A DNA stretch of 64,000 nt from Octopus vulgaris (taxonomy: Eukaryota), in NCBI GenBank assembly GCA_951406725.2, contig OX597824.1, positions 57,350,001 through 57,414,000 on the forward strand. Direction: 5' to 3'. The translations under genes were made by a program, and so were the position numbers. Of this stretch, positions 52,656 through 64,000 are shown piece after piece (the stretch's first letter is position 1; every line of letters starts with the position of its first letter). A model generated the notes under the pieces. The model was not told the DNA's origin and did not search any database. It saw nothing but the letters and a program-made list of their open reading frames with translations.

Positions 52656-54228
52656 GATACAAGCGGGGATTGACCAACTGATGGCACTACCAGAAAGACA
52701 ATGACAATGCACGGTGTCCTCCAGCCTAAGGCAAATGTACACATGCTCAACACGAAGACAGGTAAAAGTAAAGGAAAAATGAGAGAAACATCCAACGTTA
52801 AAATTGACCAGCAGAATGTCATAAAGGAGTTAGAACCAGCGGAGAGCTACAAATACCTAGGGGTATTTGAATCAAACATTTAGTGATGAGAGAAAAAATC
52901 AGAAGAGAATATTATCGCAGAGTGAGATCAATACTTAAGACTGAGATGAATGCAAGCATAGGATCGAAACGATCTATACTGTAGCCATACCAGTCATGAC
53001 TTACAGTTTCAATACCATTAACTGGTCATTTACTGAAATACGTAAGCTTGACAGAAAAATACGAAAATTGTTGATAATGCATAGAATGCACCACCCTAAG
53101 GCAGATACAGAACGACTTTACCTGCCAAGAAAAGAGGGTGGCCGTGATCTTTTACAACCGGAATTAACAATGAAGATTGCTACAATTGGCCTAGATACCT
53201 ACCTGAAAAACTCTGATGACTAGATGTTAAAACTGCTCTCAAAGCATGAAAACAAGAAAGCATCATACTCAGTAACAAAACAGGTAAAGGAATTAAGTGA
53301 TTTCCAAATACAACAAATTCCAGAATTAGACATACTAGAAATAAGCACAGAAAAAGCTAAGCGTATGAAAACACATGCTAAAACTGCTGCCTTAGATATT
53401 CTTACTGATAAATGGCAAGAAAAACCTCTCAATGGCAAATACCCAAAGAGAGCTAATACTGCCGATGTTGACAAAGCCCTTACCAATCAATGGTTAATGG
53501 CTTTTGGCTTAGAATCAGAAACAGAATGGTTTATCTATACCTACCCACAAGGAACTACCAGGCAAACATATTAAAGAACGGTAGTAGCCCAAGATGTCGT
53601 GTATGTCAACAGTAAAATGAGATCATTCATCATGTTGCCACCATGTGCAGTCTTCTTGCGCCTACAGAGTATCTCAACAGGCATGATAGAACAGCACAAT
53701 ATATTCACTGGTTCCTGCCCCATGATAAGAACTGGTGGGAACACAAAACCACCTCCAGTGCTTGAAAATGATCACATCTGGAACTTTATTCAAACTGACA
53801 GAAAGATAGATTCGAATAGGCCAGACATTGATATAAATGTTCCAATCAACATAAATGTATATGCCAAGACCTACCAAAAACTGAGCAAGTATAAAGATCT
53901 TGATATAGAAATTGGCAAAATGTGGAACCTCAAAACTAAAACAATTCCTGTTGTCATAGGTGCCCTAGGAATGATAGCAAAAGGGGCTGATTCCTACCTT
54001 GCTCAGATACAAGGAAACCCCAAAATGGCAGTAATTCAAAGGATAGTGCTCATGGGAACTGCCCATATCCTACGTAAAATACTGTCTATGTAATCTCAAA
54101 TTTTAAAACAAACTCAATTTTTAATGGTTTCTTAAACATTCTCTATGTGAACTTCTAACTTGTTGTCTCTTGAGGACTCTGGGTAAGACTTAGAGTCAAC
54201 TTGTATAAATGCAAAGCAAAAGTCTAAC

Positions 54229-54230
<2 letters not shown>
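52655..54230 (+). mobile_element. R4/Dong-type element, family D2, decayed
   Basis: YKYLGV, MHHPKADTERLYLPRKEGGR, NRPD..KLSKYKDL..IPVVIGALG; (TAA)n flanks. Confidence 0.9.
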
Positions 54231-54309
<79 letters not shown>

Positions 54310-54313
<4 letters not shown>

Positions 54314-56590
54314 CTCAGCATCTGAGCAACTTTGGATCCCCATAACAACCGAAGAGGTCACCCAGGCACTGCAAAGACTAAGCAACTGGAAGGCACCTGG
54401 GCATGACAAGATACCCAACTTCTGGTTGAAATATCTAACAGGAATGCACAAAAAGCTGGCTGAAAACTTTAACAACATACTAGCAGAGCCAGAGACAATG
54501 CCAGAATGGCTCACGAAGGGGAAAACCATCTTAATTCCTAAATCAAATGAGACAGCAAAACCAGAAAACTACAGACCAATAACCTGTCTCCCTACAATGT
54601 ACAAGGCATTTACTGCAGTGATATCGCAAAGGTTGAACAAGCACCTGGACGAAAACAACCTGTTTCCAGAAGAGCAGAAAGGATGCCGCAAAGGCTCATA
54701 TGGCTGTAAAGATCAACTAATGATTAATAAAGCCATAACTGAAGACAGCCACAGAAAGAAGAAAAGCCTCAGTATGGCCTGGATCGACTACAAAAAGGCG
54801 TTTGATAGCATCCCCCACACATGGATCCTCGAAACACTAGTCATTAACAAAGTAGCATCAACAATTATAAAATTCATAGGACACTCTATGAATAAATGGC
54901 AAACAGTGCTATAGCTCCAAACAAAAGAGGGACTCATGAAAACCAAAGCCATCCCCATTAGAAGAGGAATATTCCAGGGAGACACGCTCTCTCCACTCCT
55001 TTTCTACTTGGCACTGTCACCTCTATCTGATATGCTAAATAGAACTGGATGCGGATATAAATGTTACGGCAAAACGATCAGCCACCTTTTATATATGGAT
55101 GAGCTAAAACTATACGCTGCAAATGACAAACAGCTGGAAACACTATTAAAGACAATTCATGGATTTACCAAAGAAATAGATATGAAGTTTGGATTAGAAA
55201 AATGCGCCAAAGTAACCCTGAAAAAAGGAAAACTAGTTAAGAGTAGCAACATTACACTAGATAAACCCAATGAAATAAAAGAATTAGACCAAAGCCAAAC
55301 TTACAAGTACTTAAGAATCCATGAACTAGATAAGACACAACACACACAAATGAAAGACAAAATAAAAAAAGAATATTTTAGAAGAGTTAGATCATTACTA
55401 AAAACAGAGCTCAATGCTAAAAACAAGATAATAGGTATTAACACTTTAGCTGTCCCAGTTATAAGTTACAGCTACAATATCCTTAACTGGACACTAAATG
55501 AACTGACCAAAATAGATAGGAAAACAAGAAGAATAATGACAGGATCTAGGATGCATCGCCCAAAATCTGACATAGAAAGACTATATATACAACGTATAGA
55601 AGGTGGTAGAGGCCTTATACAGCTGGAAAACTACTATAAAATAACCACCATAGGACTGCAAAAATATCTACTTCAGAAGGAAGGAAAACTGATACAAATA
55701 GGGGCAAAACACGAGCAAAACAAAAAGCTGTTCTCAGTATTTAAGGAAGCTGACAAATACAAACAAGAAATCATACCACCTAACAAATATGAAGAAACAA
55801 CAAAAGCTATAAAACAAATGAAATCCAAACTAAAACTAAAACAGCAAAGAACCATGATAAAACGATGGCAAGAAAAGCCCTTTCATGGTAAATCCCAGCA
55901 ATGTTTGAGAAGCTCAGGACTCAAAGCAGAGACAGAGGGATTTTTAATTGCAACACAAGACCAAAGCATCCATACCAGAAATTACCAAAAACATGTAATG
56001 AAAAGAAATATAACAAGTAACTGCAGAATATGTGGAGATGGACAAGAAACAATAAATCATGTTATATCTGACTGCCCAGTCCTAGCTAAGAAGGATTATA
56101 TTCACAGACATGACAGAGTTGGAACCTACATACACTGGAAGCTATGCCAACATTATGGAATAACAACAGAAAAAAGATGGTATAGGCACACACCAGAAAA
56201 GGTCACAGAAAACGAGAAAGCAACCATACTCTGGGATATGCCGATTCACACAGAGAGAGAAATTAAGGCCAACAGACCAGATATAGTTGTCAGAGATCAT
56301 GAAGAAAAAAATGCTTTCTAATTGATGTATCAATACCGGCAGATGACAACGTGTCTCTAAAAGAAATGGAGAAACTTTCAAAATACAAAGACCTGGAAAT
56401 AGAGGTAACCAGACTGTGGAATCTAAAAACAGAAACAATTCCTATCATAGTAGGTGCATTAGGCATGATAAAAAAATATTCAGACAAATACATAACAAAA
56501 ACACCAGGACTTACAAACATATATAACATACAGAAAATTGCACTACTAGGCACTGCACACATCCTACGCAGAACACTTTCAATACAGTAA
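54310..56590 (+). pseudogene. Reverse transcriptase-restriction-like endonuclease polyprotein, disrupted
   Basis: WKAPG.D, YRPITCL, IDYKKAFDS, GIFQGDTLSP, YMDE (catalytic DD changed to DE), in-frame stop at 54912, frameshift near 56310. Confidence 0.93.
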
Positions 56591-56684
56591 CCATCAGAGC
56601 ATCACAACAAATCACAGCACATACCCAAGGCACACAGAGCTGCGCTCGGTAGTGAAGTGAAAGCACGCTATAAAAATAAAACTA

Positions 56685-56687
<3 letters not shown>
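54310..56687 (+). mobile_element. R4/Dong-type element, family D1, longer copy with RT and RLE
   Basis: Near-identical to 51055-52565 over the shared part; (TAA)n flanks. Confidence 0.95.
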
Positions 56688-56746
<59 letters not shown>

Positions 56747-56747
<1 letters not shown>

Positions 56748-56950
56748 CCTTTCTACTATAGGTACGAGGCCTGGAATTTTAGGGGGGAGGACTAGTCGAT
56801 TGCATCGCCCCCAGTCTTTCACTGGTACTTATTTCACAGACTCCGAAAGGATGAAAGGCAAAGTCGGACTCGGCGGAATTTGAACTCAGAACATAGCGAC
56901 GGGTGAAATACCGTTAAGCATTTCGTCGAGCGCGCTAACGACTTTGCTAG
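56747..56950 (-). mobile_element. MetaSINE-type SINE
   Basis: Reverse complement of the 27193-27410 type. Confidence 0.85.
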
Positions 56951-56954
56951 ATCC

Positions 56955-57412
56955 TCTGGGACTATGATTTCCAGGCAGACAAAGTGTTAGAGCACCGAAG
57001 GCTGGATATAGTAACCTTTAGGAGGGACAAACAAGAGTACCTAATAATCGACGTAGCAGTGCCAGGAGTTCAATATATCATCATGAAAGAACAAGTTGAT
57101 AAATATAGAGACCTGAGAATTGAGATCGCTAAGATGTGGTAGCTACCAGAGTTGAACATAAAGGTTATCCCTATTGTCATCGGAGCATTGGGTTCAATAC
57201 CACACAATCTGAAAACACATCTGAAAACCTTAGAAATACCATACAATCTAGATGTACCGCAAAAGTCGGCATTACTTGAAACTGCAAGCATTTTGCGTAA
57301 AGTACTGTCTGTCTGAGGTCCTTGTTGTAACTTGAAAAACTGTACAAACTTCCGACAGACACAATATCTTCTATCAACAACCCCACGATATTGTATACTG
57401 TGCAACTTCTAA
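56955..57412 (+). mobile_element. R4/Dong-type 3' fragment, family D3
   Basis: LIIDVAVPG..DKYRDLRIEIAKMW..VIPIVIGALG; ends in (TAA)n. Confidence 0.85.
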
Positions 57413-57500
57413 AATAATAATAATAATAATAATAATATCGGCGAGAAACGGAAGAAAATTTGAAGAAAGAAGGAAAAAACATAATAATAATAATAATAAT

Positions 57501-58047
57501 GCAGTACCAGACAGTGGCTCTTATGGCTTTTGATCTTAACTGATTGGAAGTGTTATCATGTACATTGTTTTGTCTTGGTATAAAAGATGGGCTACAGCAA
57601 ATATTCTGCTCAATACCACAGATTTGCTTGTCAGTTGTTTGACCATAACCAGTTGAGCATGTCCCTTAGTGGCTGACGATATGTGCATCTCTGATCACGA
57701 GCAGAAGTAGTGGGGGAGCATCATAGCCATGTGTTGAGAGGGACTCTTTGGGGTTTGAATAATTCACCTCTGGAAACATGGGTGGTTCTTTCAACATCCT
57801 TAAACAACCCTTATTCAGGGACCTTTTGAGCGGGATGGGCTACTCAACCTGAAGAAAATTCTAACTGGGCCCCACCTGTAAGGTCATGTGCTGTTTATCT
57901 TGATATGAGATCACTATGTCGCGCACATATGGTTGTGATGCATGTGCCTGGTGTACCCTTATCAGACGGGTAGTCATGATGGGTATATTGGGCTTCGTAT
58001 ATTTTACCGCAGTGTCACTTTGATGGCATGCACTGCTCTCTCACTCA
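57501..58047 (+). mobile_element. (TAA)n-flanked non-coding retroposon
   Basis: Third copy of the 8659-8990 / 9056-9608 family, lying between TAA runs. Confidence 0.88.
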
Positions 58048-58061
58048 ATAATAATAATAAT

Positions 58062-59570
58062 GTACTATACTTGATACCACTGACACTGATTCTCAGGAAA
58101 GCAAAAGCTAGGTGTGTATTCAAAAACCGCCAACAAGAACTCAACCATTTGTTATTTATGGACGACCTCAAACTTTATAGTAAAGATGAAGCCCTTGTTG
58201 ACACGGTGTATACCTTCAATGCTGATATCAGAATGGAGTTCGGACTGAGAAAGTGTGGTGTGTTAGTATTGAAGCGAGGTTAGTATTGAAGAGTGGTTAG
58301 TATTGAAGCGAGGCAAAATCAAATATATGGACGGACTAACGAGATTAAGTCAAAATTTAACGATCGGAATAAGATTGAAGCTATCAACATCTGGGTAACT
58401 TCACTAAGACATGGAGCAGGAGTAATCGCATGGACAGTAGACGAACTAAACAACTTAGAAAGACAAGGAAGTTGCTGAGTAGATATGGGATACTCCACCC
58501 AAAAAGTGACAGACTGTATGTACCAAGAGAAAGAGGTGGAAGAGGACTGACAGGATGCGAACATAGCATTAGAGTAGAAGAAAACAACATAGCATGGTAT
58601 ATGAGAATGCCACAGAACCACTATTGTTGGTGGAAGTAAGAAGGTCAAGTTTGTGTAGGATGGAAGATTGCAAAGATAAGGCCTTGTACAAGGACTTGAG
58701 AATGAATGAAACTGAAAATAGGTGGATAAAGAAAAGACTGCATGGACAATTTCATAGGGATGTTGAAGATACGAGAGATAGAAAAAAAGATGGCTATGGA
58801 TGATTAAAAGTGATTTAAAACGGAAATGGATGCTTTAATCTGTGCTGCCCAAGAGCAAGCATTAAGTACAATTTCGATCAAATACAGAATAGACAATATA
58901 TCAGAAAGTGATAAGTGCAGAATTTGTGGATAAAACGGTGAAATCGTATGGTATATTACCAGTCAATCTACGCCACTAGCCCAGAAAGAATATAAGAGAT
59001 GTTATGACAATATAGCAAGTATTGTCCATTGGACACTTTGCAACAAGTATAGACTTGTCAGAGCAAAACAGTTGTACGAACATAAACCCGAAGGCATCAT
59101 CGAAAATGATAATACAAAGATCCTATGGGATTTTATGATTCAGTGCGACCATAAGATAAAGAATAGGAAACCAAACGTAGTGCTAATTCAGAAAGAAACC
59201 AAACGATGCTGGATCATAGATATAACATGCCCAGCTGACAACAAGTTATGCGATAAGGAACAAAGAAAAGTGGATAGATATGACAGGTGAACTTGGGAGG
59301 TTAAGCAGTTGTGATCGCTGAAAAAGGTGGGAGTAGTACTGATAATTGTCGGAGTCCTGGGGCTAGTGAGTAAAAATGTTGAGAACTACATGGAACAAAT
59401 AAGGGCTGCAAAATAAGGGTGGCGCACTTTCAGAAAATAGCACTGCTTGGAACCGCTCGAATACTCCGGTTGGTGCTCGAAAAATGAGGGGTGTTACCTT
59501 AGTTCACTGGTAAAGAACAGCTGGCACCGTAGTACATCTCCTGCGTTAGAAGCTGTGTAAAGACAATAAA
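58062..59570 (+). mobile_element. R4/Dong-type element, family D4, decayed
   Basis: LNHLLFMDDLKLY, RLYVPRERGGRGL, ALICAAQEQAL, KILWDF..RKP..IIDITCP. Confidence 0.88.
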
Positions 59571-59848
59571 TAATCATTATAATGGTTTCAGATTTTGGTA
59601 CAAGGTTAGCAATTTCATGGGAGAGCTAAGTTGATTACATCGATCCTTAAGTATAATTTGAAATTATATAATTACAAATTTTTCGCGAGATTCCTTAACG
59701 ACAATGTAACCTTCATATAACTAAGGTATCTTCAATGTAATGAATAGCTATTGAGTACCCCTCCTTGAGTAATTACTACATCAGAGGATCTGCTAGTTAG
59801 GAAACATATGCAACCTGGCTTTACTCGTTCCACTCTCTCGATTTGGAT

Positions 59849-59880
<32 letters not shown>

Positions 59881-60044
59881 CATACATACATACATACATA
59901 CATACACACACACAGAGCCACACACAGACATATATATATATTCACACATTTTATATGTTTATATGTGTCTGTGTGTATACATATATGTGTGTATGTGTGT
60001 GTATACATAGGGATGGAATGTGTATATGTCTACATAAAGCTTGA

Positions 60045-60245
60045 AATATCAGGAAGTATGAGAGTAGAATATATTTATTTAAGCACTTGACATTCCTAGG
60101 ATTGCGGCCGTTTTGCACCCTTTTTCATGTAGTAATAGTTTCAGTGTGGAACAAATTATGTACTAATTAATAAATGATGCGAAATGGCCGTAATTCTAAG
60201 GATGTCATGTGGTTAAATAAATATATTCATCTTTTATACCTCCTC
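60045..60245. repeat. Diverged inverted repeat containing hammerhead 3' halves
   Basis: aatatatttatttaagcac..gcggccgtttt versus gaaatggccgtaat..gtggttaaataaatatatt. Confidence 0.7.
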
Positions 60246-60450
60246 TTATGGTTTATATACTTTTCATGAAGTAATATCATTGATTAGATTGTCTGTATTT
60301 CAGATGCATCGACACATTGCATTCCACTTCTCTGTATTGGATTAGTACGTGGTCTAATAGCCGAGTCTGTGAGAGGAGCTTTCTGTGGCAGCCACACGAT
60401 TGTCTGCTAATACTACAAATTTATGCTTCTCTCTCTCACTCAATCCCCCC

Positions 60451-60509
<59 letters not shown>

Positions 60510-60533
60510 TACACACAAGTATGGCTGTGTGGA

Positions 60534-60570
60534 GGCGCAGGCGTGAATGTGTGGTAAGAAGCTTGCTTCC
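60534..60570 (+). mobile_element. SINE family A 5' head (target of the adjacent element)
   Basis: ggcgcaggcgtgaatgtgtggtaagaagcttgcttcc versus 41161 ggcgcaggagtggctgtgtggtaagtagcttgtttacc. Confidence 0.85.
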
Positions 60571-62754
60571 ACTGCGCATGTGCGAGTAATTGTGATGTTT
60601 GGCACCAAAGCGGTGAGACGTGCTTTTGAAGCCGTCTCGAACTGAAAAATTTTGAAGCTCCACTGTAAGTAAGATTCTGTTTTTTGGGTCCAGTGGGAAT
60701 TTTTGTTGAGAATTTTTTGTACACGCAGGAAGTCTTACTGGATTCAGAATTCTGGTCTACTTGCATGGAGCGAATATTTTTTCTCGCTTAATTGTGAGAA
60801 TTTTTGTTTGGGGGCGTATTCGTCTTCCTAGTTAGTGGTTTATGTTAAGTGAATATTTTTCTCACTTAATTATGAGAATTGTTGCTTGGAGGAATATCGT
60901 GCCAACTAAAAATTTGTTCACTTTTTGAAGAATTAAAAAATAACTGTGAGAACTGCTGTTTGGGGGAGTGTCTTTGCCTCCGAAGATTGAACGATTTGTA
61001 TACCAGTTTTTGTGGAAGTTGTGTTCCAGTTGTAGCATTCCGGGTTAAACCTGGGCCGGGAGTACCGAATGGCCGGAATATTTTTTTTTCTGTGTTTCTG
61101 AACTATTGACTTTCTTTCTTCTAAACTTTATTTGACTTTCTCTTTTTCGTGAATTGTTTCCTTTTCTCCTTTCCATTTTATTGTGACTTTCTTTTGATTT
61201 CTTTTTTCTTCTCTCGTTTTATTTTGAACATATTTTCGAACTGTTAAAAAAGAAGGGAAACATGGCAATGAAAAAAGACAAAGTATTGGGGTGGGAGATT
61301 GTAACGCCCAAAAAGTGGTTGAAAGACCGTGAAGATAGGACGGTGGTGTTGAGAACCTACTCCAAGTCATTCGACACCATCGCCCTATTCGAAAGACTGC
61401 AATTGAAAAGGAGTTGGCAGAGTATTTGCCAACAATTAAATTCATGTCCAGGGGTGTCAAATACGCAACGGTGCGATTGCTATTTGATACCCTTGAAGAG
61501 GCTCGCAAATTATGAGTCAGCCCTTGGATGTAAAGAAATTTTGTTTCTTCTCACATATTATGGGAGGAGGTTGACGAAAGCTCGGCTCTGCGGGTTGCCA
61601 CCCGGGATAAAACCCGAGTGGATAGAAGAGACTATCCGCCGGGGTCTGGATGGCAGCGGAGCCAAGCTCCTTAATGTGAATTTTTTTCCTGTGGCTGATT
61701 GGCTTGGGTCAAAAGCTATTTTGACCCTTTGGACCCAAAAAGCCAATCTGGTTTTACCAGATTATTTTAAAATGGCCGGGTGCAGGTACCCGGTGATTCT
61801 TGAAGGTTGCCCCCTCCTCAGGTATCATCGGTGCCTGGAGTCTGACCATATAAAGAAAAACTGTCCTCAGGAACAAAGTAAGGTCCTGGAGCAGTTTAGT
61901 GAGACATCTGTAGAAGAGGGAATGAATGCGGTCGAGGAGGCGGAGGACTCCGCAAACAGGGGCCGCAAGAGGAAGAAGGTGAGCAACAATGGGTGCTCAC
62001 CGAAGGATCCTAGGGATGAGGATGGGGAGGCGAATCTCCCGATCACGGAGGAGACGCACCCTCCCTCAGTTGAAAAGAAAAAAGAGGAAGAGGAAGAGAA
62101 ACGGGACATTGCCGGCAGTCGGTGACATATAGCGGAATGTCCCGGAACTATGTCGGTTATGGTTGTGCCACCGGCAGGAGAAGAGATACCGTTGGCGGGA
62201 ACTGTGCCACAAACGGAAGAATTGGATATCCCGCCCCCGGAGGAAGACGAATTATTGATCTTCTTCTATAGAAGCGGAGAGGTTGAAAAGGTGGTGGAAA
62301 AGCACCATAAGGGAGTACCTTTAGCCTTCACACAGGATCCCGAATGGCCTCCGCAGATAGCTGTAGAGGTCATAACGTTTGACGTGACGTTTAGGCTGGA
62401 GGGGCTCAATGAGATATATCGCTTGTACCCGGGCGACGCCGACATGGAACCCGCTTTGTTCTTGAATGAGGCGTGGAGGATGGAGGAGGATACGGGCACA
62501 AAATATGTTGAGGGTGAGTTATAAATTGTGGCACAGTGTGACACAAACATTTGATAATAGGCACTTCGCCTTCTTTCTGAACTCCCGGGTGTCAACGTGG
62601 TCTGCTCTGCAGGCGGCTAGATATTTGACTGGGGTCCGGGAGGAGGAGGAAGGGAAAAGTGGTAGTGTATTTTTGATATTTGATTAACTTTTTGATTTTT
62701 ATGTAAGAAAAGAACCTGTGATTGTAATGCCCCCACAGCCAATTTGATAACATA
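60571..62754 (+). mobile_element. ORF1-only Tx1-like retroelement, copy 2, with 15 bp TSD
   Basis: TSD aagaagcttgcttcc (60556-70) / aagaagctttcttcc (62755-69); ~690 bp leader, ORF, ~230 bp 3'UTR, no RT. Confidence 0.85.
61262..62524 (+). pseudogene. ORF1/gag-like protein with CCHC knuckle and conserved C-terminal domain, frameshifted
   Basis: ORFs 61262-62125 and 62150-62524; YHRCLESDHIKKNC (CX2CX4HX4C with first C changed to Y); RKRKK basic patch; comparison with copy 1 shows compensating frameshifts near 61395-61530. Confidence 0.82.
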
Positions 62755-62769
62755 AAGAAGCTTTCTTCC

Positions 62770-62840
62770 CGGAGGGAGGAGCCCATGCCCTGGACAGAGA
62801 ACGAGGAGTGGCCTTCGCAGGTGACTACGAAGATCATATC
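62770..62840 (+). mobile_element. Short fragment of a related ORF1-family element directly after the TSD
   Basis: EPMPWTENEEWPSQVTTKII aligns with VPLAFTQDPEWPPQIAVEVI. Confidence 0.55.
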
Positions 62841-64000
62841 TTAGCCTTTTTTAGCCTTTTTCATTAATAATTTTTATTCTATTTTCCCACGCAACCTCTC
62901 CACGAGTTTTATTTCTTATAGACGCCCAAAACTATTCTTTACGTTTATAATCTAGTGATGTTTTCTCAACTAACTAAGCAACGTTCTTTCGCCATTTCGT
63001 TTGGATTTTGTATTATTTTGGGATTAATATGTAGCTGTTATTAATATTGTAATTGATATATTATTAGGTGTCTGTTAGTTATAGTTGGGTGTCTTCATGC
63101 TAGTTTCTCCATAAGTTGTGTTTTTTTCTCACTTTTCTTTAGTTCATGAGGCTTTAATGTTTTTTCGGTCTTTTCGTATTTTTCATTGATAAAAAAATTT
63201 GCCATTTTCATTGAGTATGTATTCTATTTCTTTGCACTAAGTCACCACGCGTTAAATTTTATAAACACTTATACTATTTTGCGTTAAAAATTCAGTTACT
63301 TTTTTCCTTCGCAAAGATAAGTTTGACATTTTATCGTTTATCTATTTCATTTGAATTTGGAATCGTTTTGTGTTTGAAATTATAATAATTATTATTATTG
63401 TTGTTATTATTATTGTTGCTGTAATATTATTATTTATTTATAGTTTATTGATAGTAATTTTTTACGTTCGATATTGGATATGGTATCTTTTAATTTTTTA
63501 TATAGGAATTTATATAGGGATTTAAGTAAACTAGTTTTTATTTTAATATCAATTTTATGTTTAACTTTTTTTATCATGTGATATATTAAATCTATAGATA
63601 TTATACATAGATATTAATATAAGTAGTTTATATATTGGATTTGTGTATATTTGAACTATTTCCAATTTTTGATTGTATTATTCATGAATAGTAATAATAT
63701 TGGGTATATTAATTAGACGCTAAAACATATTAATACATTTAAAATCCAGATAGATTAATTGAATCGTTGAACTTAGTAACTTAGTTTGTTTATCAATATA
63801 TTTAGATCTTATTGTCATTATATTTAGATCTTGTTATCATTTTGAGTTTGACCGTTGTTATTATTATTATTGTTATTGATTGGTTTTGTAGAGGACTGGT
63901 GATTGTGATTGTAAATTTCATTGGTTCTAATATTTTTGCACCTTTCTTTAATTCTGGGGCTGAAAAGTTTTCTTAATTTCCATTAACAAATAATTCTCAC

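Noticed and set aside
51001-59580. CRISPR-like repeat-spacer reading of the TAA-separated array
   Set aside because: Separators are microsatellites and the spacers are retrotransposon copies; eukaryotic context with no cas genes
62850-64000. AT-rich tail possibly from a decayed element
   Set aside because: No motif or terminus identifiable within the window

Overview
AT-rich, microsatellite-saturated eukaryotic repeat DNA with no convincing intact host gene. The SINE families and composition suggest a cephalopod (Octopus-like) genome; this is an inference. The window is a mosaic of decayed transposons: tRNA-derived SINEs (including V-SINE and MetaSINE types), a 5S rRNA pseudogene, Penelope-like elements, RTE and CR1 LINEs, Tc1/mariner relics, piggyBac-type MITEs, Helitrons, and an 8.5 kb pile-up of R4/Dong-type elements inside (TAA)n (51.0-59.6 kb). 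Three things stand out. (1) Two diverged ~2.2 kb elements (13.5-15.6 kb and 60.6-62.8 kb) encode only a Tx1-like ORF1 with a zinc knuckle and no RT. Both sit at the same position of the same tRNA-derived SINE head with ~15 bp target duplications, which suggests a SINE/tRNA-targeting, ORF1-only retroelement family. (2) A near-perfect 429 bp palindrome (17624-18052) encodes an intact minimal hammerhead ribozyme on each strand. (3) There are many further intact or decayed hammerhead motifs, including a recurrent permuted arrangement, mostly in small non-coding inverted-repeat units. Most ORF-track entries are microsatellite artefacts. All alignments and folds were done by eye and boundaries are approximate unless stated.
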